Positions 37,420 through 47,411 are shown, counted from the stretch's first letter. The stretch is DNA of 64,000 nt from Candidatus Curtissbacteria bacterium RIFCSPLOWO2_02_41_11 (GCA_001775055.1 MFBU01000015.1:4487-68486); one strand, 5' to 3'. Numbers and translations are program-made. Notes: generated by a model from the sequence alone, not told the origin.

Positions 37420-39416
37420 AAAAGCATCTCATAAAGCTTGTAAACATCACCTGCGCCCATTAAGAGGATAATATCAAAATCAGCTAAATGATTTTTTAAA
37501 TACATTGCCGTTTCTTTTAGGGATCCGGTAAATGTTGCTTTGGGACCTACTGATTGCGCCAGTTTTTGGGCTAGTTTACTTCTATCCCCTTTTTCGCGAG
37601 CGGCATAAACTTCCGTTACCAAAATTTTATCAACCCTTGACTTTTTAAGATTTTTGACAAAATCATTAAAGAATGTTTTTATTCTTGAAAAAGTATGGGG
37701 TTCAAATACAAGCACAACCTTTTTATCTTTAAATTTCTCTTCTAAAGCATTAGCAGTTTTAAGTACTGTATATGGCTGGACAGCATAATCATCATAAACT
37801 TTGACATCATTAACCTCTCCTTTATATTCGAGTCTTCGTGCAATTCCTTTGAAGTTTTCGATTGATTTTTTAGCTTTGGTAATATTAAGTCCTAAAACTT
37901 TGGCTACTGTTAAAGCAGCATTAGCATTCTCACTCCTAAAATCACCAATTATCGAAAGATCGAGCTTGCCAAAGTCACCAATCTTGATAACTTTAATATC
38001 TTTTCTGATAAATTTTGTCAGTTGGGTAAAATTCCAAGTATTGGGAATTATGAGAGTACCATTTTTTTTAATTTTACTGACAAATTTTTTATAGGACCCA
38101 AAAAGCTGCTTTTTGGTTTTAAAATAATCCGGATGATCCCAGTCAAGATTTAAGACTACCGCGATATCCGGCTGATAATTTAAAAAGTTGTCATTATACT
38201 CATCGGCTTCGCAAACATAATAATTTGATTTACCGACCCTAAAATTTTGCTGCCATTCTAAAACAGTTGCGCCAATTTCACAGGTAGGATCCTTTCCCAA
38301 GTCCGTTAGGGTTTTGGCGATCATCGTTGTTGTTGTTGATTTTCCGTAGGCGCCGGCAACACATATTACGAATTTATCTTTTTGTAAATATTTTCCTTGG
38401 AATTCTTGCCAAGTCAGAATTGGGATTTGGACCTCTTTGGCGTATTTAAGTTCTTGATTTTTTGGATTAAATTTCAAAACTGCTGGAGAAATAACTAACA
38501 TTCCTATATCTTCAATGTGTGAAGGATTGTGGCCACTTCTAATCTTAATTTTTAAGTTTTGAGTATAGGGAGATTTGGGATTTAAATCGCAGCCAGTAAC
38601 CTCAAAGCCTGTAGCTTTGGCTATTCCAGCGATAGCGGCTGCTCCTGCACCGGCAATCCCCATAATATGGATTCTCTTCTGAAAGTTGAGGTTGACTGCT
38701 AAAAGCTCTTCTTTCGTATTAACACTCTGCCACTCATTCTCGTCCCCAAGGGGGAATGTTTCGACTTTTTGATTATCCCCTGTTGCAATGGCGATTAAAT
38801 CCGTGATGTATAACTCACTTGTTACTGGGGAAGGTTTAATTTTTGTCAAATTTTGCAAAAGCCAACGCTTATCAAAAAAATAAAGACTGGCATTTACTTC
38901 ATTAATCTTTTTTTGTACCGCTGAGGTATCTTTTTCCTCGACAATTGAGACAACTTTGCCATCCTTTCTAACTATCCGACCAAAATCTGTTGGATCGTCC
39001 TTTTTAACTGTGACAAAGGTCAGGGTTGCATCTGAATCTTGATGATGCTTAAAAACTTCAAGAATAGTTTCTGGTCGATAAAAAGCACTGTCGTCTCCGT
39101 ACATTACGGCTACGGTTAGCATGTTCTTATCGACAAGTTTTAGGCCACAACTTGCTGCATCAGCTGTTCCCAATGGAGATTTTTGTATCGTATATTTAAC
39201 ATCTTGAGGGATTTCTTTTTTGATTGCGACAAGATTTTGGGGATTGGCGACGATTATTATCTCATACGGATTGACCCGTTTTAAGATTTCAATAGTCCGA
39301 ACAATCATCGGCTTTCCGGCAATTCTATGAAGAACCTTAGATAATTTTGATTCCATTCTCTTGCCTTCACCAGCGGCAAGCACAATGACCGCGAATGGAA
39401 GTTTTTTATTTTGCAT
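37416..39416 (-). CDS. murC: fusion protein: N-terminal sugar-1-phosphate nucleotidyltransferase domain (GlmU/RmlA-like, ~240 aa) + UDP-N-acetylmuramate--L-alanine ligase MurC (~425 aa)
   Basis: The N-terminus FAVIVLAAGEGKRM...KVLHRIAGKPM is the nucleotidyltransferase signature. From residue ~240, IHIMGIAGAGAAAIAGIA plus GAYGKSTTTTM is the MurC N-terminus and P-loop. It is one uninterrupted 666-aa ORF. Confidence 0.7.
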   Translation of the reverse strand: MQNKKLPFAVIVLAAGEGKRMESKLSKVLHRIAGKPMIVRTIEILKRVNPYEIIIVANPQNLVAIKKEIPQDVKYTIQKSPLGTADAASCGLKLVDKNMLTVAVMYGDDSAFYRPETILEVFKHHQDSDATLTFVTVKKDDPTDFGRIVRKDGKVVSIVEEKDTSAVQKKINEVNASLYFFDKRWLLQNLTKIKPSPVTSELYITDLIAIATGDNQKVETFPLGDENEWQSVNTKEELLAVNLNFQKRIHIMGIAGAGAAAIAGIAKATGFEVTGCDLNPKSPYTQNLKIKIRSGHNPSHIEDIGMLVISPAVLKFNPKNQELKYAKEVQIPILTWQEFQGKYLQKDKFVICVAGAYGKSTTTTMIAKTLTDLGKDPTCEIGATVLEWQQNFRVGKSNYYVCEADEYNDNFLNYQPDIAVVLNLDWDHPDYFKTKKQLFGSYKKFVSKIKKNGTLIIPNTWNFTQLTKFIRKDIKVIKIGDFGKLDLSIIGDFRSENANAALTVAKVLGLNITKAKKSIENFKGIARRLEYKGEVNDVKVYDDYAVQPYTVLKTANALEEKFKDKKVVLVFEPHTFSRIKTFFNDFVKNLKKSRVDKILVTEVYAAREKGDRSKLAQKLAQSVGPKATFTGSLKETAMYLKNHLADFDIILLMGAGDVYKLYEMLL

Positions 39417-40611
39417 TTAGTCTCCTTTCGATAGCCTTTTTAACAACTTTAAACTCATCCCAAGGATACTCTTTTTTACCGTAGGTTATACTTTTTTCGT
39501 GACTCTTACCAAAAAGTGCAACAATATCGTCTTTTTGCGCTAACTTGACGGCAAATTCGATGGCCTTTACCCGATCATAAATTTGATAAAAATCTTTATT
39601 CTCTTTTTTCCCTCTTGATGTTAATCCTTTGGCGATCTGATCACAGATATCTTCGACCTTCTCACTTCTGGGATCTTCGGCAGTTAAGACTGAAATGTCG
39701 GCGCCTTCGGCTGCAGTTTTGCCCATCAGACTTCTTTTTGTCTTATCGCGCTCTCCAGCTGCGCCGAAAACGGCAATCAATTTGGATTTGGGATTTGGAA
39801 CTTGGGATTTTATAGTTCTAAGAGATCGTTCTAGAGCATTTGGGGTATGTGCAAAATCGACGATTACCTTGAAATTCTGACCAAGATTGATCTCCTCCAT
39901 TCTGCCTAAAACTCCTTTGAAGTTATTTAAGGCCTTTTGGATTTTGGACTTATAGATACCCAAAGTACTGGTGGCTACAGCAGCAGCCAGTGCATTGGCC
40001 AAGTTGTAATCGCCGACAATTTTTAGATTGAGGGGAAAATTTTTAAGGTTAAAATCAGCCGAAGAGTTGAGAGAATAGGTAATAGCCTGACCATCTACCT
40101 TTGATTTTAGAAAATCAAATGATCTGTCATCGGCATTAAGGATTGAAAAGTTGACATTTTTAAAAAGTTTGGCTTTGGCTTGAGCATAACTTTGCCAGCT
40201 TTTGTGATAATCCAAATGCTCATGAGAAATGTTAGTGATAACCGCAACCTTAAATTTAACGAAAGCTAAGCGATTTTGATCCAAGCCATGGGAAGTCGCT
40301 TCTAATACGAAATATTGACTACCCAAATCAACCGCCTTTTTCAAAAACTTTTGGACTTGCCAAGGATTAGGCGTAGTAACATGGAAACCGGTATCAAAGG
40401 TTTTAGGACCAATTCTGGCCGCAACTGATGAAATCATAGAAACTTTGAAACCTACTGCTTTTAAGATCTCATAAATCATCTGAACGGTAGTAGTTTTGCC
40501 GTCCGTGCCGGTTACGCCAATGATAACTAAATCCTTAGATGGAAAATTGAAGATGAGAGCAGCCAAAAAAGCCTGGACAAAATGATAGTAATTTTTAATT
40601 TTCTGCCACAT
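39406..40611 (-). CDS. murE: Mur ligase, probable UDP-MurNAc-L-Ala-D-Glu--diamino acid ligase (short form, 401 aa)
   Basis: The P-loop is GVTGTDGKTTT. It sits in the dcw position between ftsI and murC. Confidence 0.65.
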   Translation of the reverse strand: MWQKIKNYYHFVQAFLAALIFNFPSKDLVIIGVTGTDGKTTTVQMIYEILKAVGFKVSMISSVAARIGPKTFDTGFHVTTPNPWQVQKFLKKAVDLGSQYFVLEATSHGLDQNRLAFVKFKVAVITNISHEHLDYHKSWQSYAQAKAKLFKNVNFSILNADDRSFDFLKSKVDGQAITYSLNSSADFNLKNFPLNLKIVGDYNLANALAAAVATSTLGIYKSKIQKALNNFKGVLGRMEEINLGQNFKVIVDFAHTPNALERSLRTIKSQVPNPKSKLIAVFGAAGERDKTKRSLMGKTAAEGADISVLTAEDPRSEKVEDICDQIAKGLTSRGKKENKDFYQIYDRVKAIEFAVKLAQKDDIVALFGKSHEKSITYGKKEYPWDEFKVVKKAIERRLNAK

Positions 40612-40681
40612 TCAAGATGAGATAATTATACAGATTGCAAGCTAATCTGTCCTATTTTGCCAAAAAACCAAGGAGGGTCAA

Positions 40682-40957
40682 TTATTGTCTTTTGGTAATG
40701 CTGAAGTTTTTCAGTAACGAATCAAGTTTCAACTTTTTTTTGGCAAAGAAGAATAAATAAGCTATCTCAAGAATCCCAAGAGTATTCAAAATCAATATCG
40801 CCACAAACCAGTACTTTTCTTCGTTTTGTGCCGAATACCAGAGCCCTAAACCTTTCCAAAGAAATGTCCATAAAAGAAATGGTACAAGTAACCAAACGGC
40901 AACCGATCCAAAAGGATTCCTAATTGATGGGAAAAAATTACGTAATAAAATATCCAT
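40682..40957 (-). CDS. small membrane protein (~91 aa if started at MDILLRNFF...); ORF track version overlaps the ftsI 3' end
   Basis: It has two TM helices (VAVWLLVPFLLWTFLW and FVAILILNTLGILEIAYLFFF). No SD is present. Confidence 0.3.
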   Translation of the reverse strand: MDILLRNFFPSIRNPFGSVAVWLLVPFLLWTFLWKGLGLWYSAQNEEKYWFVAILILNTLGILEIAYLFFFAKKKLKLDSLLKNFSITKRQ

Positions 40958-40970
40958 TTTTAAAATTATA

Positions 40971-42713
40971 TCATCGTTTAGGAGCAATTCCATAATAATT
41001 AAATAACTCTTTGGCAATCCCAAAAAATGTAGGCGCAGCAGTTTCTGAACCAAAAGGCGATGAAGATGGCTCAGAAAACCTGACCATCATCACAAAGCGC
41101 GGATCATCGGCCGGAGCAAATCCGACAAAGGAAGCAATAGTTTTATTGGGGTCGTAATGACCGGCAACGGGAATCTGAGCGGTTCCGGTCTTGCCGGCAA
41201 TGCGATAGCCTTTGGGCGCAAACGCGCGTGCTTCTCCATTTTCCACAGCATTAACCATCATTTCGGTCATTTGAGCCGCGGTTTTGGGCGAGATTACCTG
41301 TCTTTCTCCTTGTGCTTTTACTTTTTCTTCCTTTTGCCCATCGACAATTTTATCAACTAGATGCAAAGTTAAAAGCTTGCCTTTATTGGCGATTATTAAA
41401 ACAGCCTCAACCATTTGAATCGGTGTAACAGCAATTCCTTGACCAAATGAGGCAGTCGCTAAATCAATTACTTTCCAATCCTTTTTTTCGCGAACATATC
41501 CGGTTGATTCTTCTTGCAAATCAATATCAGTACGCTGCCCAAATCCAAATTTTTTAATATAATCATAAAATTTATCAATTCCTAATTTCTCTGAAACAAA
41601 GGTCATGCCGACATTATCAGAATGCTGAATTATTTCAGTCATGGTTGAATTGGGATAATATTTTTTGTTCCAAGTTGAGATTTCATAACCGCCGATTTGT
41701 CTTGGACCTGAACAAACATCACAACGGGTTATTGGCTCAACAACTGAAACATCAAGAGCCGTAGACATTACTACAATCTTAAAGATAGATCCCGGTTCAA
41801 AGGTGTCGGCTACGGCCGGATTCTTATAGAATTTTTCATCAAACTCTTGCCAAACAGCAGGATTATAAGTAGGATAAGTCGCCATTGACAGTATCCCCCC
41901 GGTTTTAGGATCGGCAACAATTACCGTTCCGTCGCGGGCGCCATATTTTTCAACAGCTTGCTTTAAACTCCTCTCAACCATAAACTGAATGCTTCTGTCC
42001 AAAGTTAAATACAACGACGCCCCTTTTTGAGGCTCAATCGGCCGGTATTTACCAACTAAAATCGGAAAGCCGAAAGGATCGGTTTCCTGACCTAGGCGGC
42101 CACTTTTGCCACGAAGCCGACGATCCCAGTATCCTTCTAGGCCGTAATAACCGGTATCTACCCCAAATTTGTCGGACCCGACAAATCCAAGAAGCTGGGC
42201 TGCCATTGAGCTTTCAGGATAAAACCGCTTTTGGTCAGCTTCAAAGCCCAAACCGGCAATATTCATTGCTTGGATTTTTTCTTTGGCATCTTTGGTTATT
42301 TTTCTTGATAATTGAACCCAAAAAAGAGTTTTTGTAGCAAGTCGATTGGTTAATTCTTCCTCTTTGGTCTTAATTTCGGCGTCTTTTGCTTTTTGTTCAT
42401 CTTCTGAAAGACCTGCTGACGCCGTGGCATACTTTTCCGAAATCAGATAAGGAGCGATCTTTTGGGCAATATCTTTGGGGCTTTGTTTTAGATCATGGGG
42501 TTTGCCATAAATTAAAAAAGCTTCTTGATTGGTAACTAATGGAAAGTCCTGTGAATCATAGATTTCTCCACGAGCCGCCGGCAGATTATCTTCAGATATG
42601 ATTGACTCAAAATTACCCTGTACTTTGGCAATAAACTGCCAATAAAAAAGTCTAGCAACAATCATTATGGCAATCACGAAAATAAAGATTTGGACTGCCT
42701 TAATTCTGTCCAT
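40971..42713 (-). CDS. ftsI: penicillin-binding protein 2/3-type transpeptidase (FtsI-like)
   Basis: An N-terminal TM is followed by the transpeptidase motifs (STAL-like) SIFK, SDN and KTGTA. Confidence 0.85.
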   Translation of the reverse strand: MDRIKAVQIFIFVIAIMIVARLFYWQFIAKVQGNFESIISEDNLPAARGEIYDSQDFPLVTNQEAFLIYGKPHDLKQSPKDIAQKIAPYLISEKYATASAGLSEDEQKAKDAEIKTKEEELTNRLATKTLFWVQLSRKITKDAKEKIQAMNIAGLGFEADQKRFYPESSMAAQLLGFVGSDKFGVDTGYYGLEGYWDRRLRGKSGRLGQETDPFGFPILVGKYRPIEPQKGASLYLTLDRSIQFMVERSLKQAVEKYGARDGTVIVADPKTGGILSMATYPTYNPAVWQEFDEKFYKNPAVADTFEPGSIFKIVVMSTALDVSVVEPITRCDVCSGPRQIGGYEISTWNKKYYPNSTMTEIIQHSDNVGMTFVSEKLGIDKFYDYIKKFGFGQRTDIDLQEESTGYVREKKDWKVIDLATASFGQGIAVTPIQMVEAVLIIANKGKLLTLHLVDKIVDGQKEEKVKAQGERQVISPKTAAQMTEMMVNAVENGEARAFAPKGYRIAGKTGTAQIPVAGHYDPNKTIASFVGFAPADDPRFVMMVRFSEPSSSPFGSETAAPTFFGIAKELFNYYGIAPKR

Positions 42714-42739
42714 GTCTACCTCTATCTTCTAGTTTATCA

Positions 42740-43048
42740 TTAAGGAGTTATTACTTGTGAGGGCTTAGCGAAACCTAATTTTTGAGCTTTTTCGGAAAGC
42801 GTATTAAGAGACGATTCTTGGGCAATTTCTACCTTAAGGGTCGTATTTTCCGCCTCCAGTTTTTTTATTTCCTCATGAATTTTAGCCAGCTTCTCTCCGT
42901 CTGTTGCCAGATTATTGGCAAAAACTAACTGGGCAAAAAATGAAGCGCTTACCAACAGACCAATGATCACTAAAACTTTAACCTTAATTTTGCCAATAAG
43001 GTTAAAGTTATCTTTCTTTTTGATTTTAAAATCAGATACGGGCAGCAT
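42740..43048 (-). CDS. ftsL: FtsL/DivIC-like septum protein (TM + coiled coil)
   Basis: It is 102 aa with a single TM and a heptad-like coiled coil (LAKIHEEIKKLEAENTTLKVEIAQ). It sits in the ftsL position. Confidence 0.5.
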   Translation of the reverse strand: MLPVSDFKIKKKDNFNLIGKIKVKVLVIIGLLVSASFFAQLVFANNLATDGEKLAKIHEEIKKLEAENTTLKVEIAQESSLNTLSEKAQKLGFAKPSQVITP

Positions 43049-43153
43049 ATCTTCCTTAATTTAAGGGGACACTAAGGTTTCCCCTTAATATTCCTCTTCC
43101 TTTAGATGACAAAGTTTCCCTGGCAAAGCCAGATGAAACTTTAATTTTATTTC

Positions 43154-44035
43154 TTAAATTCTTTCCGCAACGCGCAATTTGGCGCTTCTGGCACGCGGAT
43201 TCGCTTCAATTTCCGAATTTTCGGGGCCGATTGGCTTTGGAGTCAAAATCTTAAGTCTCGACTCCTGCTTGAAGAATCGTTTGACTATTCCATCTTCAAG
43301 CGAGTGATAACTCACAATCACCAATCGGCCTCCAATTTCTAGCAAATCTACAGTCTGCGGTAAAGAATCTTCTAAATTTAAAAGTTCGCTATTGACAACA
43401 AGTCTTAAGGCCAAAAAAGTCTTTGTCGCCGGATGAATCCTTTTGTTTTTTCTTTTAATGTGCCTTGCGTAAACTGCCTCAACAATCTTGGCAAGTTCAG
43501 TTGTCGTTTCAATTGTTTTTACCTGACGGGCGCGACAAATAGCGTCAGCAATTGGCCAACTAAGCTCTTCTTGAGAATACGTCTTAAAAATTTCATTTAA
43601 CCTCCTTTTGTCAAAATTATTAACTAGATCAAATGCCCGCACATTAAGATTTGGATCCATGCGCATATCCAAAGGCCCCTCGTGGATAAAGCTAAATCCT
43701 CTTCTTGCTTCCTCTAGTTGATGTGACGAAACGCCTAGATCGAAAAGGATGCCGGATAGTTGACTAAAACCTTCGCTTTTGGCAATTTCCCCGATCTGAC
43801 TAAAATTCCCGCAAACCAAAACCAACTTTTGGCTTTTAGCTTTTAGCTTTTGGCTTTTTTTAATGTGCTTTATCGCTTCTGGATCCCGATCAATCCCTAA
43901 AACCTTTCCACCTCGCTTTAAAAGCTCAAATGCATGGCCTCCGCCCCCAACGGTCGCATCGATAAACAATTTCCCCCTCGCTGGATCTAAAAATTCTATT
44001 GTCTTTTGTAAAAGTACCGGCCTGTGATATTTCAC
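43154..44035 (-). CDS. rsmH: 16S rRNA (cytosine1402-N4)-methyltransferase RsmH/MraW
   Basis: The N-terminus is HRPVLLQKTIEFL and the SAM-binding motif is DATVGGGGHA. Confidence 0.9.
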   Translation of the reverse strand: MKYHRPVLLQKTIEFLDPARGKLFIDATVGGGGHAFELLKRGGKVLGIDRDPEAIKHIKKSQKLKAKSQKLVLVCGNFSQIGEIAKSEGFSQLSGILFDLGVSSHQLEEARRGFSFIHEGPLDMRMDPNLNVRAFDLVNNFDKRRLNEIFKTYSQEELSWPIADAICRARQVKTIETTTELAKIVEAVYARHIKRKNKRIHPATKTFLALRLVVNSELLNLEDSLPQTVDLLEIGGRLVIVSYHSLEDGIVKRFFKQESRLKILTPKPIGPENSEIEANPRARSAKLRVAERI

Positions 44036-44430
44036 TTTATCCTCCCAAGTTTCAACCTATGCTTTTGCCAATTAAACTCTTCCCAAATTTCGAAATGATC
44101 ACCGGCCCCGATAATTATTGGTTTTTTAATTTGCGCGTACCCCAGTAAGTCGCCAGGTATAACAAAGCGACCTTGACCATCGAGTTTGACAACGGTTGCA
44201 GCGGAGAAAAAGAAACGGCGTATATCGCGTGAGCTTCTATCGGAAATAGGAGTCGTAAGCTGTCTAGCCGATTCCTTTTCCCAAGTTTTGATGTCAAAAC
44301 CGAAGATACAATTTTCGTAGCCGAGAGATAAAATGATTTCGCTTGTCGCAAGATAGTCACGTATTTTTTTTGGTAAAGCAACCCTTTTGGATTTTAAATT
44401 AAATGAAGGTTTGTAGCTGCCCAGAAACAC
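44032..44430 (-). CDS. mraZ: transcriptional regulator MraZ (GTG start, SD AAGGTGA)
   Basis: The N-terminus is FLGSYKPSFNLKSKRVALPKKIR. It has the duplicated MraZ fold and a length of 132 aa. Confidence 0.85.
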   Translation of the reverse strand: MFLGSYKPSFNLKSKRVALPKKIRDYLATSEIILSLGYENCIFGFDIKTWEKESARQLTTPISDRSSRDIRRFFFSAATVVKLDGQGRFVIPGDLLGYAQIKKPIIIGAGDHFEIWEEFNWQKHRLKLGRIK

Positions 44431-44552
44431 TTTTCACCTTACAAGCTCCTTTTTACTCCCGGGCAGCAGTCGGTAAAAGGGGATTAACTTGAAAGGACTT
44501 CTATCTTTTAACTCTTACCCCTTTTTGCTCTTACGGGTTAGATGGCTAAAAT

Positions 44553-44590
44553 TCACCATTTATCACCATCTATTACCATTTTTCACCATT
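44553..44590 (-). promoter_or_regulatory. four direct repeats (coding-strand ATGGTGA; plus strand TCACCAT[T/C]) with exact 10-bp periodicity upstream of mraZ: candidate MraZ boxes
   Basis: The repeats are TCACCATT(44553), TCACCATC(44563), TTACCATT(44573) and TCACCATT(44583). Confidence 0.45.
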
Positions 44591-44660
44591 AAATATTGAT
44601 TGTCAAGACCCCAAACTGGCACCTATCCCCACACGACAGGTAAAGTGATATAATTTCGGT

Positions 44661-44801
44661 ATGGATTTAAAATATATTGCATTTCTAGTGGTAGTGATGG
44701 CGATTTTCTATTTCGCTCCCTCCGAAATGCGGCAATTTTTAATCTTTTTTGCTGTAATAGCGATTTTTATAAATCAAACGATTCACCACCAGAAAAAGTA
44801 A
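44661..44801 (+). CDS. possible small membrane protein (46 aa), unlisted ORF
   Basis: The extended -10 TGATATAAT at 44646-44654 lies 6 nt before the ATG, giving a leaderless configuration. The product is MDLKYIAFLVVVMAIFYFAPSEMRQFLIFFAVIAIFINQTIHHQKK. Confidence 0.25.
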   Translation: MDLKYIAFLVVVMAIFYFAPSEMRQFLIFFAVIAIFINQTIHHQKK

Positions 44802-44988
44802 GTTTGACTAAATAAGGCTAAAAGCCTAAAATTATCTTAATAACGTGTGATTAGACGCCACGAGTGGGCGTCTTTTTTGCGTGAAAGGGGCAAAAAGCCT
44901 TGACAGCATCTTATTTAGAGGGAGGACAATTTAAATATGGGATTAATCAATAAAAAACTCCTTTTGGCGAAGGAGTTAAAGAAACAAA

Positions 44989-45168
44989 ATGAATATTAAC
45001 GACCTAAAAGCATTAGTGCACTTTATTATGCCGTCAGTCAACTCAAATAAAAATCTGACAGTTAAGGATTTGGTCTTTTGGATTATTAGAATTGCTGTTG
45101 GACTTTTTGTATTATGGTTTGTTGTATATGTCCTTAATTTCCATTTTTCCATTGGCTTTGGAAGGTAA
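44989..45168 (+). CDS. possible small membrane protein (59 aa), unlisted ORF
   Basis: AAGGAG lies 14 nt upstream. The product is MNINDLKALVHFIMPSVNSNKNLTVKDLVFWIIRIAVGLFVLWFVVYVLNFHFSIGFGR. Confidence 0.25.
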   Translation: MNINDLKALVHFIMPSVNSNKNLTVKDLVFWIIRIAVGLFVLWFVVYVLNFHFSIGFGR

Positions 45169-45233
45169 ATCTGAAACCATTACACCTCGGAGGTGAAAAC
45201 GTAGCTACACCTCGGGATATGATAGTTTTCTGC

Positions 45234-45698
45234 CTAAGGTACAAATTCTTTCCTCTCGTAGCCGAAGAGCGGGCCGTAGTAGATGTAGATTTTGGTGGGT
45301 TTTAGAACGAACCAACTACGTCCTTCGGTTAGGGTATTGACTTCTTCTAAGGTTTTGGGCATGTGGGGAGTTCCGCGCTTGGCAAAATATTCACGGGCGG
45401 CTCCCAAAATTTGTTCTTCTGGAAGTCGCATTGCCTTTCCTTCGATTTGTAAACCCTTGTCTTGACCGCCACCGGTCGGTTGTTTATTGATGGCTGCAGC
45501 GACTTGTGGGTTTTTCTCAAGTTCAACAGTATGTCGGGTGTTATCAAATGAGATCCAATAAAGATTGAAGTTGGCGTCATGTCCAAAAACTAAAGTCGCT
45601 ACCCATGGACCTTTTGCGGAGAAAGTGGCCAAAATCATTTCGCGGGAGTCTCTTAAGATTTCTTCGATTAGATGTCTTAGGTCTGGGTTTTTATCCAT
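45234..45698 (-). CDS. pyridoxamine 5'-phosphate oxidase-like FMN-binding split-barrel protein
   Basis: It has the PNPOx-like pattern (ILATFSAKGPWVATLVFGHD...LYWIS) and a length of 154 aa. Confidence 0.5.
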   Translation of the reverse strand: MDKNPDLRHLIEEILRDSREMILATFSAKGPWVATLVFGHDANFNLYWISFDNTRHTVELEKNPQVAAAINKQPTGGGQDKGLQIEGKAMRLPEEQILGAAREYFAKRGTPHMPKTLEEVNTLTEGRSWFVLKPTKIYIYYGPLFGYERKEFVP

Positions 45699-47411
45699 TT
45701 ATTGAGGCAATTGTGCGGAAATTGGCAAAGGGATCTTTTTGGATTTTGATTCTGATTTTTTGACAAATATTGCTTTGGTGTAAGGAGTTCTTTGGTATTC
45801 CGGATCAAAGAGGTGCATATCAAATGGGTTGTGGTAGTCAAGACAACCGGTGCAGTGGGATGCATGCAATTGGTCAACGGACATATTTAAAGATGCGGCC
45901 AGACCCTTAAGGCTTAAATAATATAAGGAAGCTACCTTCAAATCTTTGCCGATTTCTGCCTCACTCATCACTTGATATTTACCAGTCTTATCCTTTCTAA
46001 CGGCTCCGAGTTCATCACGAGAGCCGATATTTACACCCAAAAAACACGGATGCACAAAGCGCGGAGCCAAAAAGCGGCAGTGAATTTGGGAAACGCCAAT
46101 TTTAAGCAAATGCTCTACTAAAATCTTGTAAGTGTTAAGTCGAACACCGGTATCATCAACCAGATAAATAGATTTGCCGATTATTGATGGGGAAATGAAG
46201 AATTTTTTTTCGATGTGTTTGGTGCGCAAATATGGATCGTCTTCGATAAATGTCCTTTTGGCATAATCGTATCGTTCTTTGACTAACCCTCTGATATAAG
46301 AAAGTTTTGGCGCAAGCTTAGTGATCTTTTTTGACAAAACTTCCCAAAAGGCATGGGCTCCGGGTCTGGCTGTATCTGGCACGGCCACTACATAATCAAT
46401 ATTTTTGACCATTTCTTTTTTAATCTCGCCTTCTTTAATACGTTCTATTTCCTCAATAGCCAACTGTCGTCCTAAGTTTTCCCGGTTGTCGCCGATAACG
46501 CCGTCCCAGCTTGACGTTTCGTGAGAAAAATATAATTTTTCAAAGACACAAAAGCTTGGTTTTTGCGCTTGGGAATAATTAGAAATTGAAACACCATTTT
46601 CGTCAGCAATTAAGAGTTGGCCTGCTTCAAGTTTCTGACTGTGGCGAATAGAGATTCTATCCAAAGCGCAGGTTTCGGAAGCAACAAAAACATGGCCGTT
46701 GTCCTGACTCCAAACAAGGGGTCTTACCCCCCAAGGATCACGTAGTGCCATTAATTTATCGTCGCCGGTGACCATGACCAGGGAATAAGCGCCTTTGACA
46801 TCAACTAACGCATTGGCAATCTTCTGTTTCCAACTGGCACCTGGTGCGATTGCAATTAGCCAAGTTAAAATTTCAGAGTCGGAATCCGACTCGGTTTTGA
46901 TACCAAGTTTGGAGAGCTTTTTGCGGTGACTTTTAACATCAACAATGTTGCCGTTGTGGCCTAGTGCCAGTTCCCAACCTTTATAGGAGGCGTAGAAAGG
47001 CTGGGCATCACAATGCAGTCTGCCGGCACCCTCTGTGGGGTAACGAAGGTGAGCAATTGCCACCTCACCGCGAAGCGAATTTTCTTCAACTACATTAACT
47101 GAGCGGAAAATTTCGTTAAAGGCCCGGGCTTTTTTGTAAACCTTGAGCATTCTACCGCTAGGTTTAACCGCAACCCCTCCCCCATTCTGGCCACGGTGCT
47201 GCAGGGCCTTACCCATTTCAATAACAATGTTGGTAACATTAACTTTGGAACCAGCCCAAACACCGGCTAACCCACAATTTTCACGAAGCTTGTCAGGTAG
47301 TTTAAAATTTGCTGCCACTGGGTTTGAAGTTTGCTTTTCCCTTGTCCTTAGTATGAACTCTAGCGATATTTTTTTCAACCCTAAAAGGTGTATTCCGTGG
47401 GGTTTAAACAA
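45699..47411 (-). CDS. class-II (Ntn) glutamine amidotransferase fused to PRTase domain: amidophosphoribosyltransferase-like (PurF family), with N-terminal propeptide
   Basis: The CGLAGVW nucleophile-Cys box lies after a ~45-aa leader. The C-terminal PRTase loop is IYLVDDTGVRLNT. Confidence 0.55.
   Translation of the reverse strand: MFKPHGIHLLGLKKISLEFILRTREKQTSNPVAANFKLPDKLRENCGLAGVWAGSKVNVTNIVIEMGKALQHRGQNGGGVAVKPSGRMLKVYKKARAFNEIFRSVNVVEENSLRGEVAIAHLRYPTEGAGRLHCDAQPFYASYKGWELALGHNGNIVDVKSHRKKLSKLGIKTESDSDSEILTWLIAIAPGASWKQKIANALVDVKGAYSLVMVTGDDKLMALRDPWGVRPLVWSQDNGHVFVASETCALDRISIRHSQKLEAGQLLIADENGVSISNYSQAQKPSFCVFEKLYFSHETSSWDGVIGDNRENLGRQLAIEEIERIKEGEIKKEMVKNIDYVVAVPDTARPGAHAFWEVLSKKITKLAPKLSYIRGLVKERYDYAKRTFIEDDPYLRTKHIEKKFFISPSIIGKSIYLVDDTGVRLNTYKILVEHLLKIGVSQIHCRFLAPRFVHPCFLGVNIGSRDELGAVRKDKTGKYQVMSEAEIGKDLKVASLYYLSLKGLAASLNMSVDQLHASHCTGCLDYHNPFDMHLFDPEYQRTPYTKAIFVKKSESKSKKIPLPISAQLPQ

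Noticed and set aside
40958-41053. N-terminal 32 codons of ORF 40682..41053
   Set aside because: They overlap the 3' end of ftsI in another frame. The start was trimmed to the internal ATG.
44600-44605. TTGTCA as -35 for the extended -10 at 44646..44654
   Set aside because: The spacing is 43 nt, far outside the 16-18 nt window. The -10 probably acts alone as an extended -10.
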